This document shows, one piece after another, positions 41,369 through 58,243 of a stretch of 64,000 bases of DNA (positions within the stretch are counted from its first letter, which is position 1; the number at the start of each line of letters is the position of its first letter). Below the pieces are notes generated by a model that saw only the letters and a program-made list of their open reading frames with translations, was not told the DNA's origin and ran no database searches. Location of the stretch: the NCBI RefSeq assembly GCF_000181795.1, contig NW_003526944.1, positions 429,383 through 493,382 of the forward strand, given 5' to 3'. The position numbers were made by a program, and so were the translations under genes. Origin of the DNA: Trichinella spiralis (taxonomy: Eukaryota).

Positions 41369-43358
41369 TTATTTATTTATTTATGTATTCATTTCAATTT
41401 TCAAAATAGCATTCTGTAATAAGGAAAAAAACAACCCATTAAAAGTGGTTCACATCAGAAATTTCAATCTTGATCGCCATAAATAAATGAATAAAATTTT
41501 ATAAAAAATTATCAGTTCCTTTATAAAAACATACAAAAAATTCTGAAGTTAATTTCTTTGCTTATTTATGATCATTTCAACTTACAGTTTGAAAAGAAAC
41601 AAATTGAAACAAATCCTGACAAGAAAGTATTAATTGCAACAACAAATAAAAAAATAAAAATGTTCAAAATTGAGAATATTAAAAAACCTAAAAATATCAC
41701 CAAAATTAATTTCACAAATTACAGCTGTATGTATATATATACGGTCAGATGAAAGCAAGAAACAGAAAATGCTCATCAAAATTAAAACGAATACCGACCG
41801 ACCGTTTCAATCAATGAATTTGAGTGTAAGAAAAATGTTTTATATTTTGACCTGAAATTTGACAAAAAAACCCCACTACAAGGAACCACCTTGCCCGTAC
41901 TGTCACCAATCGTTCAAACAAGCCTGCTAATGCATTTTTCACAATTTGACCCTTCCATTTTCAACTGGACAAGTTTCAATCAAGCAGACGACACCTAACA
42001 ACACAACTAGTAAGCAAACGTTACACCTAAAAATAAAATTTAAATTAACAGGGAAAAAAAAGAAAAATTAAACAATAAACCTTGTTTATCAAAAGATTTT
42101 TTGAAACGCTTATTTTCGTGAAATAGAATAAAACAACAAACAATATAAAATATAAATAAATATATATACAAATATGTTTGAGATAACAGCTAACGATCTG
42201 CCTGAGACAGAAATAAAAATAGTACATTGCCGTTCGGCACTACGCGGAGCATAGAACGAAAAAAATGTCAATGGTCACCACCCCTCCTTATCACATATCA
42301 TTGTACGTATACATATTTTTTTTTCTTCCATTACAATATACAGTCTATTTTCACCGTTCAAAAATTAATCTAATGTTAATAAATGATCTATTTCTTGCAC
42401 AACAATCTGCGCGCCTGATAGTTTTAAAATTACATTCCAAATTTAATTATTGCAAATGCTAATTTTAACTGAGAACAAAATCCAGATTCCTGTCATTAAA
42501 AAATTTATAAAAAACTGCATTCCTTTCAGCAATGATAACTTTTTCCTAAATTTTTTGTTGTTGTATCTCTACAGGCATTATTCAACAACAAAAAATTACC
42601 GTAAGAATTGTCTGCAAATTCAAAAAATTCAACTGGTAAAATATCGATCATTTTCCAGTTAAATAACAACGATTGAAGCATCGACTTTTATTCATACTAT
42701 TCCCACCTACTGATTCATATTTATTATTATTTTTTTTATTAAATTCTTTTCCGACCAACAAAAAACAAACTGACTGAAAATCATTTTCATTAAAATTACA
42801 GTAAGTATAGTTTCTTCGGGGAAACAGAAGAAAAAATACCTGAACCATCTAAATTATTATTTTTCCTATTTATAAATTTTTACTTCCCAATGCACCAGTA
42901 ATGAAATAATATACAATTTGAACAATACTGTAAAGAAATGGAATGTGAGATCGAATTATGATACAAAAAAAAAACAACAAATTTCCCACCAGTAAAGAAA
43001 ATTTCGCATAATTCGCTTACATTTTAAAAATACTTTAAAACCTGTTTGATCACTGAAATAAAAAGGAAATTATAAAATAAATTTTAATAATTATCCATAC
43101 AATGGATGAAAAAGATTTCAGGCGTGCGAATTGCTGTATTTTCAAAAACAAAAATGAATTTGATGATTTTGAAAATCAAAATCGCTGAACAAAAAGTTGC
43201 GCAATTTTTTCCAACTGATCAACAAGTCGAGTATAAATCATAATTTAAAAAAAATGATTATTATGAATGGAAATTACTCACTCTGGTGATTGAACAATTC
43301 CAGTTGTAGTTGGTGAAAATGTTTCGAAAAAATCGTCCACCAATTCCACCGTCTGCAT
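36409..43358 (-). CDS. p160/SRC (NCOA1-3)/Taiman-like bHLH-PAS nuclear receptor coactivator
   Basis: Degenerate bHLH EQQKSQYFSELVELLQENL. PAS-A IGPILLGVLDSFFFVMNTEGLIEYISDNVVKYL ... LLPDSL, RQSRTFCCRFLIK, FETMHVSA and CLVCVVR all align to SRC PAS segments. The long S/Q/P-rich last exon carries NR boxes HTILRHLLNQDE and NSLLVKLLEQ. First exon MQTVELVDDFF ... QSPD (ATG 43358) splices in frame to ~40327. Confidence 0.75.
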
Positions 43359-43696
43359 CAGTGCAAGCTGCTCTACCTACACGCCAGCTTTCAAATGTCA
43401 AAATGAAATATCATCACACAACACTTTGAAAAAAAAATATACATATTAAAATATTTAAATTTTAAAATGCAAAAGAAATATTAAACAAACAGATAAAATA
43501 TACATATACATATATAATAATGTAAGAAATTACTTTTTTTTCTCCTTTCGATCTCCACGGTCGGCGGAGTCCGGCACAGTTTGAGTGTCAAGTGCGCTTT
43601 GAAAATTTGGTTTTAGCAAAATTCGAAAATGCGGCCAGTCAGACGACCCGTCGTAGCTCTACAAGACGTAACATCAGCAGAAAACATTCACGGCTG

Positions 43697-43798
43697 TTAT
43701 TCAAAGCGTGACCCAGTAACCAACAAAGCCTTCAGCTGGCGTAATTGAAGCCCGCTGGCTGTCACTCCAATTAGGTCATTTTCAAACATCAGCGCCAT
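43697..43798 (-). other. uORF MALMFENDLIGVTASGLQLRQLKALLVTGSRFE* in a predicted 5' UTR exon (43802-43534) of the coactivator gene
   Basis: ATG in CAAGATGG context 4 nt after a ctacag acceptor. The exon ends in a GTAATT donor. Confidence 0.45.
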
Positions 43799-44461
43799 CT
43801 TGCTGTAGACAACAACAGTCGCCGTGACGTAATAATTCATAATAATGGTCACTTTTGTCAAATTATTAATTCACACATTATTTGGCCTAATCACGAACAA
43901 ATGTGAACATTTTCACATACGTATGCATTGCATGCATTGTATATGCGTGTACACATGTACATGCAACATGTACATGTATGTATGTATATGCATGCATCTG
44001 TATGTACACATTTTTTTAAAAAAATTATTATTATTATCATATTTTTTCATTATGTTGTTGCTTCTTTGTCACCAAGCAACATACCGCCAGACGACCAATG
44101 TAACCAGCTATCCTAGTTACCCAATTCTGCCGGTAATTCGGTCGCACGTGATGCAATCGAACAGCATGTTCTAGCTTAGAAATTGAAAAATAAACGCTCT
44201 TTCTCTTCTTACCAGCATGCAGCAGAGGTCAGCACTGCTATTTTTTTTCTGAGGTCCCATATTTTTCAAGTGCACGGTCAATTATCATGACTAAGAACAT
44301 TCAAGAGCTTACTTGCCTTGCCCATGTTACACTGTATTGCCATTCTTGTCTAGACAACTGCCTTATCACAGACAATTCCGCTTTTTTTTCTTTTATAAAT
44401 TGAATTATCATATAAAAATATGATTAAAGAAAAACACGGATTGCCATTGTTTCAAAATTCT

Positions 44462-45793
44462 CTATTCCACTTCACTACTAGTAGAATATGAAGTTTCCAT
44501 TTCGAACTGTTTTCGAATTCGTAACTGTTTTTCACGATCCAAAGCCGCTGATCTATACTTGACCATCACTAAAAACAACACCGACAATCCGTAGCACAAG
44601 ATCATGAATACGAAATAACGACGAATTTCATTTCGAACCAAATTTTCACAGCTAAAACAAAAATCACAAAGTAATAGACAAAAATTAATATATATTCAAA
44701 CGCTCAATACTGCTTACTTTTCTCGCTTAACAACAATTATCAAAAAAAACTACAGTAACCAACGTAAAAAAATTTCAAATCAAAACATTTTCAAATTAGC
44801 TAATCATTTGCTAATATCATATAAATAACATCACAATACATTTTAAAAAGAAAGTTGAAATGATTTTTACTTTCATCTCAGCTAATGCATGCTTATATTA
44901 ATAATTCGATGATATTTCACAACGTTGACTGTTACACGCAATCAGTTTACAATAAAGATTTTATTACTAGTGCGGATGAATGTTTAATTAAAAAATAATT
45001 TAAAATTTACATAATTAAAAGAATTTCAACTACATTTAAAACATCGTTAAACTTTGTACTAGATTATTTGACGCAGAAAAACTGCAAATTACATCAAAAT
45101 TTGACATAATCTGTAATAAAAAATTTTTATAACTAATTTACTGATAACAAAACTAAGTTAAGCAGTTTAATGATAAAGAATAGAAAATAGTTCGTAAACA
45201 ATGACATTCTAATTTTTACTAAATCCTATTCCTACAGTTATACCTTATAACTTATAACAAATAAGATTCATAAAATTCATCCAATTAAAATATGTTGAAA
45301 TTAAACTTACGGACGAAAAGCTACTCCACTGTTGGTGCAGTTGACTTTGTCATAATATGAAGATGCTTCAGTACAGTTGTTTATATTTGAAGCCTAAATA
45401 AATCACGTATTACTTTATTAAAAAAAACTATTGAAACCAAATGCCTACTTCCTTCTCAAATTCGGAACACAATTTGCACGATTCCAGGATTTCAAAATCT
45501 TCCTTTTGCCAACAGTGTAAATCTACAAAACATAATTTTAATTAACAATAGGTATTACGACAAAGAGTCAAAGCATACCAATATTGGATTGTTCACGATG
45601 TATTTTTTCCGGAGAACGGTACAGATCGTGCTCATCAATTAAAATGCTATTTTCAAAAATAAACACTAGCACTATTAATCTAAATAAAAAAACATTTAAA
45701 TAAAGAAAAACATTTTTTTAATATAAGTTACACTAATGCCGTGAAAACGAATATAATAAGCTTTCTGGTTTTGCAAAATTCTAACATTCCCAT
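44462..45793 (-). CDS. JTB: JTB (jumping translocation breakpoint) family membrane protein (5 short exons)
   Basis: Spliced translation MGMLEFCKTRKLIIFVFTALVLIVLVFIFE ... HCWQKEDFEILESCKLCSEFEKE ASNINNCTEASSYYDKVNCTNSGVAFRPC ... RRYFVFMILCYGLSVLFLVMVKYRSAALDREKQLRIRKQFE ... * has the six-Cys JTB ectodomain, TM helix and LDR..RKQ tail. All four junction phases fit. Confidence 0.88.
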
Positions 45794-46846
45794 GTTCACC
45801 AATTTACACTCAAAATCAAATGCCTGAAACAAACAAATTTTGCTATGATGAAATAATTTATGCACCATTTATAATTTAAACAAAGACATTTAATGCGTAT
45901 TAATCATTGAATGCAATGTATATGCGGAAATTGCGGTATATATATATTTCCATAAAATTGAAAAATAATATAAATAACCCACGATAAAATTGATTTATTT
46001 ATTATAGATAAAAACGCAAACATGGAAATTTGTAAAATAATTATTACCAACTACAATTGATACAGTAATGTAATTGATTTTTAAGTGTTCATTAGAAAAT
46101 GTTTCATTGCAATTATTATTCTCGCATTGCATTCATTTATATTTTTACATTATGTTATCTTTGTTTATATATTATAAAAATATGTAAAAAATACAGCATT
46201 TAAATGTTGGTCTGACAATTTCTAAGAATTGCATAACATCCTTGAAAGATTTACATTGTACGGTATTTCTTTTATACGACAGCCTTACAGGAAGTATTAA
46301 ACTTAAATTGCTTGATTAAAAACACGTGACTTTTAAATTATATAATATTACTCATTTTTCAAAACAACTATTACTGATAATTTACAAGTAATCTGAAGCT
46401 TTAACATTGACGTCGTTAACAAAAGTATAAGATCTGAATCAGTTTTGAAAATAAAGATAACTTAGTAGTAAGTAATACTTAAAAAAAATAATTACTGAAA
46501 AGGTAAAAATCGAATTAAAGTCACAAGCCGTTCAGTTGTTAGAAATTTACATACAAATGCTCCACTGTTTTGCAAAACATGGGATAATTTAGAATGAAAC
46601 TGCCAACATTTTCATCAAAATTGAAAATTGCATACATGGTCATTGATTAGATACTTTACCATTTTAAAATGCCATTTATCATAACCATTTGCGGAGCTGT
46701 TAATAAAAACACAGTGCAAATAAAATCTATTTACTCCATTACATATCAGTTATAAAAGTGCTGTACTTAAATGTATTCAAATCAAAGCGTGAAATTTCTG
46801 TTTTACTATAAACTCAGTTTTGTTACTGTAGTCACAGAGTCATGAA

Positions 46847-47620
<774 letters not shown>

Positions 47621-48724
47621 CTAAATAAATATTAATATAGGGATTATTTAAATAATAGTGATGATTTTTTGTATGGTGAAAAGAGACGTTAAATTCAATC
47701 TAACGCACTATGTACACCTGCAATAATATTTGGCTATATTGAGGAATGCGAAATTTTTCGCATTCGTGGCAATAGCCAAAAAATATTCAAAAGTCATTTC
47801 AAAAATTAGCGAATCTACTTTTCTTTTAATATGGTCAGTATTAACAAAAACAGGACAAGATTCACGTTTCATTCTTTCAAGCATTTTATCTGTTAAAAAA
47901 TGTAATATTTTCATAATAAGCAGTAATTATGGAACTTCAACATTATTGAGCAAGTTATTGTTACTAAAACAAAGCATAAACAACACTAACCTTTAATCGC
48001 AAGAGCAGAAATAACAAGGCGTACTCTGTAAAGCGTGTTATGCCAAGTCGGACTACTACAGTATGTCGATAAGCAAGTCAGATAATTACGTAATTATTTA
48101 CATATTATTAATTTCAATCCCTAAGCATATATTTTGAAAATGTCATGTAAATTTGCGCATTAATATGCATATTACTTTGAATTTTGTTTAAAGTAATTAT
48201 TCAAATAACTTTTAAGTTTAAGGAAACGCCACAGAAAGTTAACTTATCAACTTTATTTAGTGATACATTTAATTAATTATCCGATGTTATAAAATGAAAA
48301 AAGAAAATGTAATTATGAAATTTCAAACTGTAAACCGTATTATCAAGAATCGATAATATTTATTATCAACAGCTAAATTATGATTATCTATCTAAAACTA
48401 GATGCATTTAAAATTTATGAATTTCTTTCTTGTATGCAATATGTAATATCTGTGATGATAACTAAATGAAGAAAAAGAATTATTTTAAAATTAAAAAATT
48501 AACCATGAATTACATTATTTATCGTACCCATGAAAATTGTCACTTGATTTTAAATTCGTTGTATTTTCTGTCAGAAATATATCAAACAACATATAAATTT
48601 AGTGAAACAGCGTATCTGATTTCGTATAGATTCGTCTGTGAATGCTTTGAAATGCTGCATGCTATTTATAATGCTATGCTTTGAAATCTAATATCAAATG
48701 AACTGTATCACCTAGTGGGAAGCA

Positions 48725-51678
<2,954 letters not shown>

Positions 51679-52644
51679 TTTCGTAATTGACGAACTTTCC
51701 CACGCAGCTACTGCCATGAAACAGAAGCAACTTAAGACAGTTTATCATATGCTGATTTTTTAAAGAATATCTTATCTTTGTGACGTATGTTTAAAATTGA
51801 ACTCATACCATTTGAAGCTTCCATGTTCACGTGCAATAAAACATGTATGATAACGTTTTACTTGATCTTGCAAATCAAAAGTTACAGTACTGTATGATTG
51901 TCACGTTCATCAAATATCCAAATGAACTAGATAAATTTCTTTTTTTACAAATTAAGAAAAGGAGAAACTGATTTTTTTTAAAATAATAAGTATTATTGCT
52001 TAATAAACAAAGTTACAATGAGTATAAAATGAACAGTAAGCAATTTCATTCATAGCGATGTTTATGAGAATTTGAATTATTAGCCGTAAATAAATTGTCA
52101 CAATTTAATTGTTCGGTGAAAAGAAAAACCAAATCCACGAATGTATAAGTATTTTTTGAACATAAATTATTTTCCAAGTATACTTGAAAATTTTTTCTTG
52201 CCTGCTTTTTTTTCATGAATCATTCATGTTCCAAGCAGCTGGCCAGATGTGAGTTGGCAAATGACGTTCATATATGCCTGCTAATAGCTGCAAATTGAGG
52301 TCGAGAAAATTTGCTTGGATTGACATTGGGAATTTTTTCATCTAATTCAGCAAAAATTGGCATGAATTATTGTTTGTTAGTGACAGTAAAACTATTCAAC
52401 TTACCGGTTTGTCAAGTTTATTTTGACAATGCGTTGATTCTGTGCTACTGTTTCGCTTGCTGCACTGCGCAAAACAGAAAAACGCTTTCAGCGTTGCTGT
52501 TGTTGCTTTCGTTTCAGCAATGCTAATTGTTACTTTAAATCGCGTTGTTATTTCTGCATTAGATTGTATTTGATTTTTTAATTTTCGATGACATTCGTTT
52601 GGTATTTGAAGTATTATCATTTTTTTTGTTTTCAGATTGAAAAA

Positions 52645-55600
52645 ATGGCCTATTACGATGGTAGAGGTTATGGCGATGATCACGATTATCGTTATGCGGA
52701 TGAATATGATGATGAAGAAGAATCCGAAGAATGCCAACAAGTGATTGTGTCGCCGGATGAGTTCGGCGGTCTTATTGGCAACATTGCATCGAATATCATG
52801 AAGGGTGGCGATGCAGGAGGTGTGCTCGGGGGTCTAGCTGGCCAACTGATCGGTGGCAAAGGTCGATCCCATGGTGGAGGTTATTCAGGTAAGTTTGGCT
52901 TCTGAGTTGTTGTTATTGTTGAAAAAATAACTAACTTACACCCTAGTATTGTTCGCTTAAGTTGTGTAGATTAGCATTCTTGACCTTCTGCACTGCGTCA
53001 GCAAAAGTTTGCATTTGAACAGCAGCAGCAACAATAGGAAGAGATTAATTTGAAATGCAATCGATAAAGTCTGGCATAAACGGGCAGTTTTATTTTGCAA
53101 ACTTTAGCTCATTATCATATTTTTATTATATGAATTGTTTTCCGATTATTTTATTATTCTCGATTTTAAATAGTCAGTGCAAATTAATAAAAATATACGT
53201 GTAATATTGATAGAATAGTTTCAATTTTGTGTGCAGCAGTTGTTGTTCATCAGTATCCATCAAATAATAATAATATCAATGAGGCATACTTGACAAAGCA
53301 TTTTGTCAATATGTGAATTAAAAAATTGTTATTGTTACGGTTATTTTTGCTTTTTTATTGAATATTTGTCTTTCGATAAATAAAGTAAACATTGAAGTAG
53401 ATTATAAAATTGAACCACTGATCGACAGTAGCAACTTTTAATGATCAGTCAATCAGGGCCGTGACGGAACGGATGTCATTTTATGTAAATTGACATTTTT
53501 TCCAACTTTGAACATTAATCATCATTTTCTATTTCATGGAAATTTCAATTACATCGCATCATCGATTAGATTGTTGAACTGCATAATTGAATGCAGATTC
53601 ATGGTTTGCTACAAAATTATTTGAATAGAAATAAAATTGCTTTTTTTCAAGTACATCTTGCAGTGAAATAGCTGTAATTAACGTGGCTGAGATGAATAAA
53701 ATGAAAATAATTACTTTTATTTTCATTACTTGATTTGTTCAGAGTTATTTCATTTTAATAAATTTCTATTGTTTTGTGTTTTTCTGTTTTTTTAATGTTG
53801 TTGTTTTTCTTATCTTTTAGGTGGTGACTCTTACGATAGAGGCGGTGGTGATGGAGGAGGTGGCCACGGCAGTGGATTTGACCATGTTATCAGTGGTTTA
53901 AAGAAGAAGGGTTTGCCAGTTTATGATATCATTGTCGTTGTATTCATTTGAATGTCGTTTTAGATATTGGTAATGCGATCGGTGGATTGTTCAGCGGTGG
54001 AAAGGGAAAGGGTAGATTCGTTTTAATGAATACAGTATGAAATGGGCATGTGAAATAATTGAATTTCAGACATTGGCAACATTCTTGGTGGTCTCTTGGG
54101 CAGGAAGAAGGACAAACATGGCAGTGGAAGCTCGGGTGGAGGAGGATCAAGTGAGTAATTTTGCGTTCGTCGAGCTTTTAATTAACAACTTTCATTTTAT
54201 TAATTTAGGTTACGATGGTGGATCTGGCGATTATCACGGAGGAGATGGTGGACACGGTGGTGGTTATAGTGGTGGAGGCGGAGATCAAATTTCTGGCCTC
54301 ATTGGAAACTTGATTAGTGGTAAAAAGGGAAAAGGTATACGTTATAGCAGCGACATTACAACTTGTTTCCAACTGTAGAATATTTCAGCTATTAGTGGCG
54401 TAATTGGAAGTATTCTTGGTGGACATGGTGGACCTGGTCATCGTGGTGAAGGTGACGAAACATTTATATCAATGGAATTGTATTATTAAATAGTACTATT
54501 TTATAACGTAGGAGCGAACATACCAGTCGATCAGCTGAAGGGCGGTTTAATCGAGACAGTAAGCCATTTTATCGGTCTCGGCGCACATCGATTTTTTGGC
54601 ATCGATCCTGAAACTGGACGAATTTTGGGCGCAATTGCTGGAAATTTGATTTTCGGCTTAGGTGGCAAAGACAATGTTCTTGGTCAGATTGGAAAAATTA
54701 TTTTGGATAACATCATCTCGGGCAAATTTAAACGCAAAGTCGAACCTTTCATACCGAGAGATCCGACTCCAGTGCCAAGGCCCGTTGTTCCTGGTCCAGG
54801 ACCTCCGCCGGGTTTGGCGCAGGATTTCTATGCGTTGCGTGACGAATGTTTGCAAAATAAAACTCTCTTTGAAGATTCACAGTTTCCAGCTTCAATGTCA
54901 TCGTTGTTTTTCAGCAGACGTTCGTTCGAAAATGTGGAATGGATGCGCCCAGGGGTGAGTAGAGTACTTTACCCAAATATTTATAATTTATGCATTCTGA
55001 GAAAAACTACCTATATATATATATATACTGTATGTATAAATTAAGAAAACTAGTTATTGTTAAAGTTGTTTTGTTTGTTCTATTTTGATATTTGTGTAAA
55101 AGTATGAAATTGCCCTGAAGAAAAAAAGCCAGTATTTTATGTGAAGAATTTTCTGCGTGTAAAGATGTTATTATTATTATTATTATTAATATTCTTTTCT
55201 AGGAGTTTTGTCAAGAGCCACAACTGTTCGTTGAAGGACACAGCCGTTTCGATGTGATCCAAGGCGAGCTGGGAGATTGTTGGCTTTTGGCGGCCGCGGC
55301 TGCGCTCACTATGCGTGATGAACTCTTCTACAGAGTCGTTCCACCTGATCAAAGTTTTACAGAAAATTATGCTGGAATATTCCATTTTCAATTCTGGCGT
55401 TACGACAAATGGATAGATGTGGTCATTGATGATCGTTTGCCTGTACGCAATGGTAAACTGTTGTACATGCATTCACAGTCGAATCAAGAATTTTGGAGCG
55501 CGTTGTTAGAAAAAGCTTACGCCAAGTAGAAGTTTTGGTTTTGTTTAATTTTTGTAAAAATTCAAACATTATTTGAATTTTTCAGGCTTCATGGTAGTTA

Positions 55601-57291
55601 TGAAGCGTTGAAAGGCGGCACAACTTCGGAAGCGTTGGAAGATTTCACTGGCGGTTTGACAGAATTGATCGATCTGCACGACCCACCACGTAATATAATG
55701 GCCATGGTGTTCAAAGCCTTCGAATTGGGATCTTTGATGGGCTGTTCTATTGATGTAAGCAAGACACATGTATTTATGGAATTTCCAAACAGTTAATTAT
55801 TTTGTTCTAATGTACAGGCTGATCCAAACATTTGGGAAGCTAGATTGCCCAATGGACTAGTGAAAGGTCACGCATACAGTATTACCGGAGTGAAAATGGT
55901 GAGCAAGTTTTATTTTTATCATTTGTTTTGCCTTGCTATATGTTTCAATTCTAAACTACACTGCATTTTAGAATAGAAATTTTGCAATCTGTGATTGATA
56001 GATAAAAATTTTCTTTTTTTGCAGTTAGATACTAATTATGGAGAAAAGGTGGCATTGGTACGTATGCGAAATCCGTGGGGTAGTGCACAGGAGTGGAATG
56101 GCGCTTGGAGTGACCAGTCCAGTGAATGGCGATCAGTTCCAGACTCTGTGAAGCAAGAGATTGAACTACGCGTTGCGCACGATGGTGAATTTTGGTTCGT
56201 CTTTTTATTTCTTACTGAATTTATTTCATCTGTAATAACATTATTTTTGGGTTTCAATTTGCTCTTTTGCAGGATGTGTTTTGACGACTTCTTGCGAAAT
56301 TTCGAAAAATTGGAAATATGCAATCTTGGACCCGAAGTGATGGCTGAAATTGCAGAAATGACAGGTCATGTTTCTCATGGGGAAAAATGGAATACCAGTG
56401 TTCATCACGGCGCATGGCTACAAGGACAGTCGGCTGGTGGTTGCAAAAATTTCCCAAGTATGTGCTTTTCTTTTTAAAATAGAACAGATAAACCCAGATA
56501 TGTATGAACAGTTTTAACCTGGTTCTTCTAATCGAATTTGCCGAAGGAATGGCATTTTTCCCCGAATTTAATTCGTTACTGTAGCTAGCGGTTAAGTAGA
56601 TTTTACTTCGAGTAGTGTACTACTATTACAGTACAGTACTGTACTGTACTGTACAGGAATGGAATGGAGGAGGATAAATACAATAGATGTGTTTGAACCG
56701 AACCGCTTCAGTTACAATGAACAAGCAAACAAACAAAACTTAGTCAGTTAGTTGTATGTAGTGTGCGGTTGTTTGAGTTAAAAGTTTGACTGAAATGAAC
56801 TTTGGTGTATATTAAAATTTGATGCATTATAAATATAGAAACTTTTGCCATGAATCCGCAGTATGGAATTTCTCTCACCGACGCGGATCCAAATGATCAG
56901 GACGATTTGTGCACTTGTGTGTTTGGCGTGTTGCAGAAATACAGAAGAGAATTGCGTTGCAAAGGGGTGGATGTGCTGCCAATTGGATTTGCTGTTTTTG
57001 AAGTATGCTGAGAGGTTTTTCCTCTGTTTGCTTTCTTGGAAATAATTTAAACTTTTCACATTTCAGGCTGACAGTAATGATTCCCCGTTGAACTGGAGTC
57101 AATTGGCAAATATGAAATCTTGCGCACGAAGTCCAGTGTTTATCAATGTGAGAGAAGTGTGCGGTCGATTTCGTCTTCCGCCTGGAAATTACGTGCTAAT
57201 ACCGAGCACATATCAGCCGAACGAAGAAGGCGAATTCATGGTGCGCATCTTCACCACCGGCTTACTTGAATCACAACCGTTGCAAGGATGA
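52645..57291 (+). CDS. Atypical calpain (Gly-rich N-terminus, CysPc, C2-like domain III, no penta-EF-hand), clp-1-like
   Basis: LFEDSQFPA, catalytic [31 protein letters not shown], domain [18 protein letters not shown] ... [34 protein letters not shown], then stop. Confidence 0.95.
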
Positions 57292-58058
57292 CGATGATGA
57301 TGAACGTATACTGGATTTCAGTCCAATAATAATAGTCCAGTCGATTCTGCTTCTAGATGAATGGAATGAATTTTATACTAAAAGAACTATAATAATAATA
57401 ATAATACGCTTTGCCAAGTAATTAATTATGTGAACTTCATTTGTTTGATTGACAGACGACGCAGCTAGATAGCTTTTCTCGTGGGTGTGGTTGCAGTCAT
57501 TTTTTTCAAAAATCTTTTCTGATTTTCATCTATAACGATGATCAATTTTTCAGATGAATTTTTTCACTGCTTTTTTAGTTTTTGCTGTACTACTGCTACT
57601 GCTACTGTTATATATTAAAGTAGCAGCGTGTGCGGATTCTTCTTCGACAGCGTAGAGCCACTAACCCCACCAATCAATCAATTGTGATAATTCGAGTAGA
57701 GCTGAACTTAAATTGAATGCACTTTGTGTTTTTTTGACGGCATAGTTCTTCTTCTTGTTCTCCAGTGATTAGTGGTAAATTCGAAATTTGACTATACATT
57801 TCTTTGCAATTTATTCAAGTAAAAATGTATTTTCAAATACTCTCTTTCTCTCACCAAAGAACAAACCTTATCCATTTTTTTCGTCTGCGATGCATACGAA
57901 TAAAAAACTGTACAATAAATAAAGCAAGAATAGAAGAGCAAGAATAAATAAAGATTGAAGCTAAAAAAGAAAAAAATTTTCAAGATAAATATTAAATGTA
58001 TACATACCATACATGCAATGGCATCAATCAATTAATCAATAATAATGATAATAATAGA

Positions 58059-58212
58059 TCAATGAGAATCTTTTTTCTTGGTTACTACATCGCAGAATAA
58101 AACTGTCTGTGCCCAGCCAGCATATTTACCAAATCTCTTGCGGTAGAAATCACCTGAATAGCAATAAACTGTTCATGCACTGATTGATGATACACTAATG
58201 TGTACAAATGCA

Positions 58213-58243
<31 letters not shown>

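Noticed and set aside
56627..56648. 22-bp perfect palindrome TACAGTACAGTACTGTACTGTA in a calpain intron
   Set aside because: It arises from a self-complementary GTACA/GTACT pentamer repeat. There are no terminal repeats or target duplication suggesting an element.
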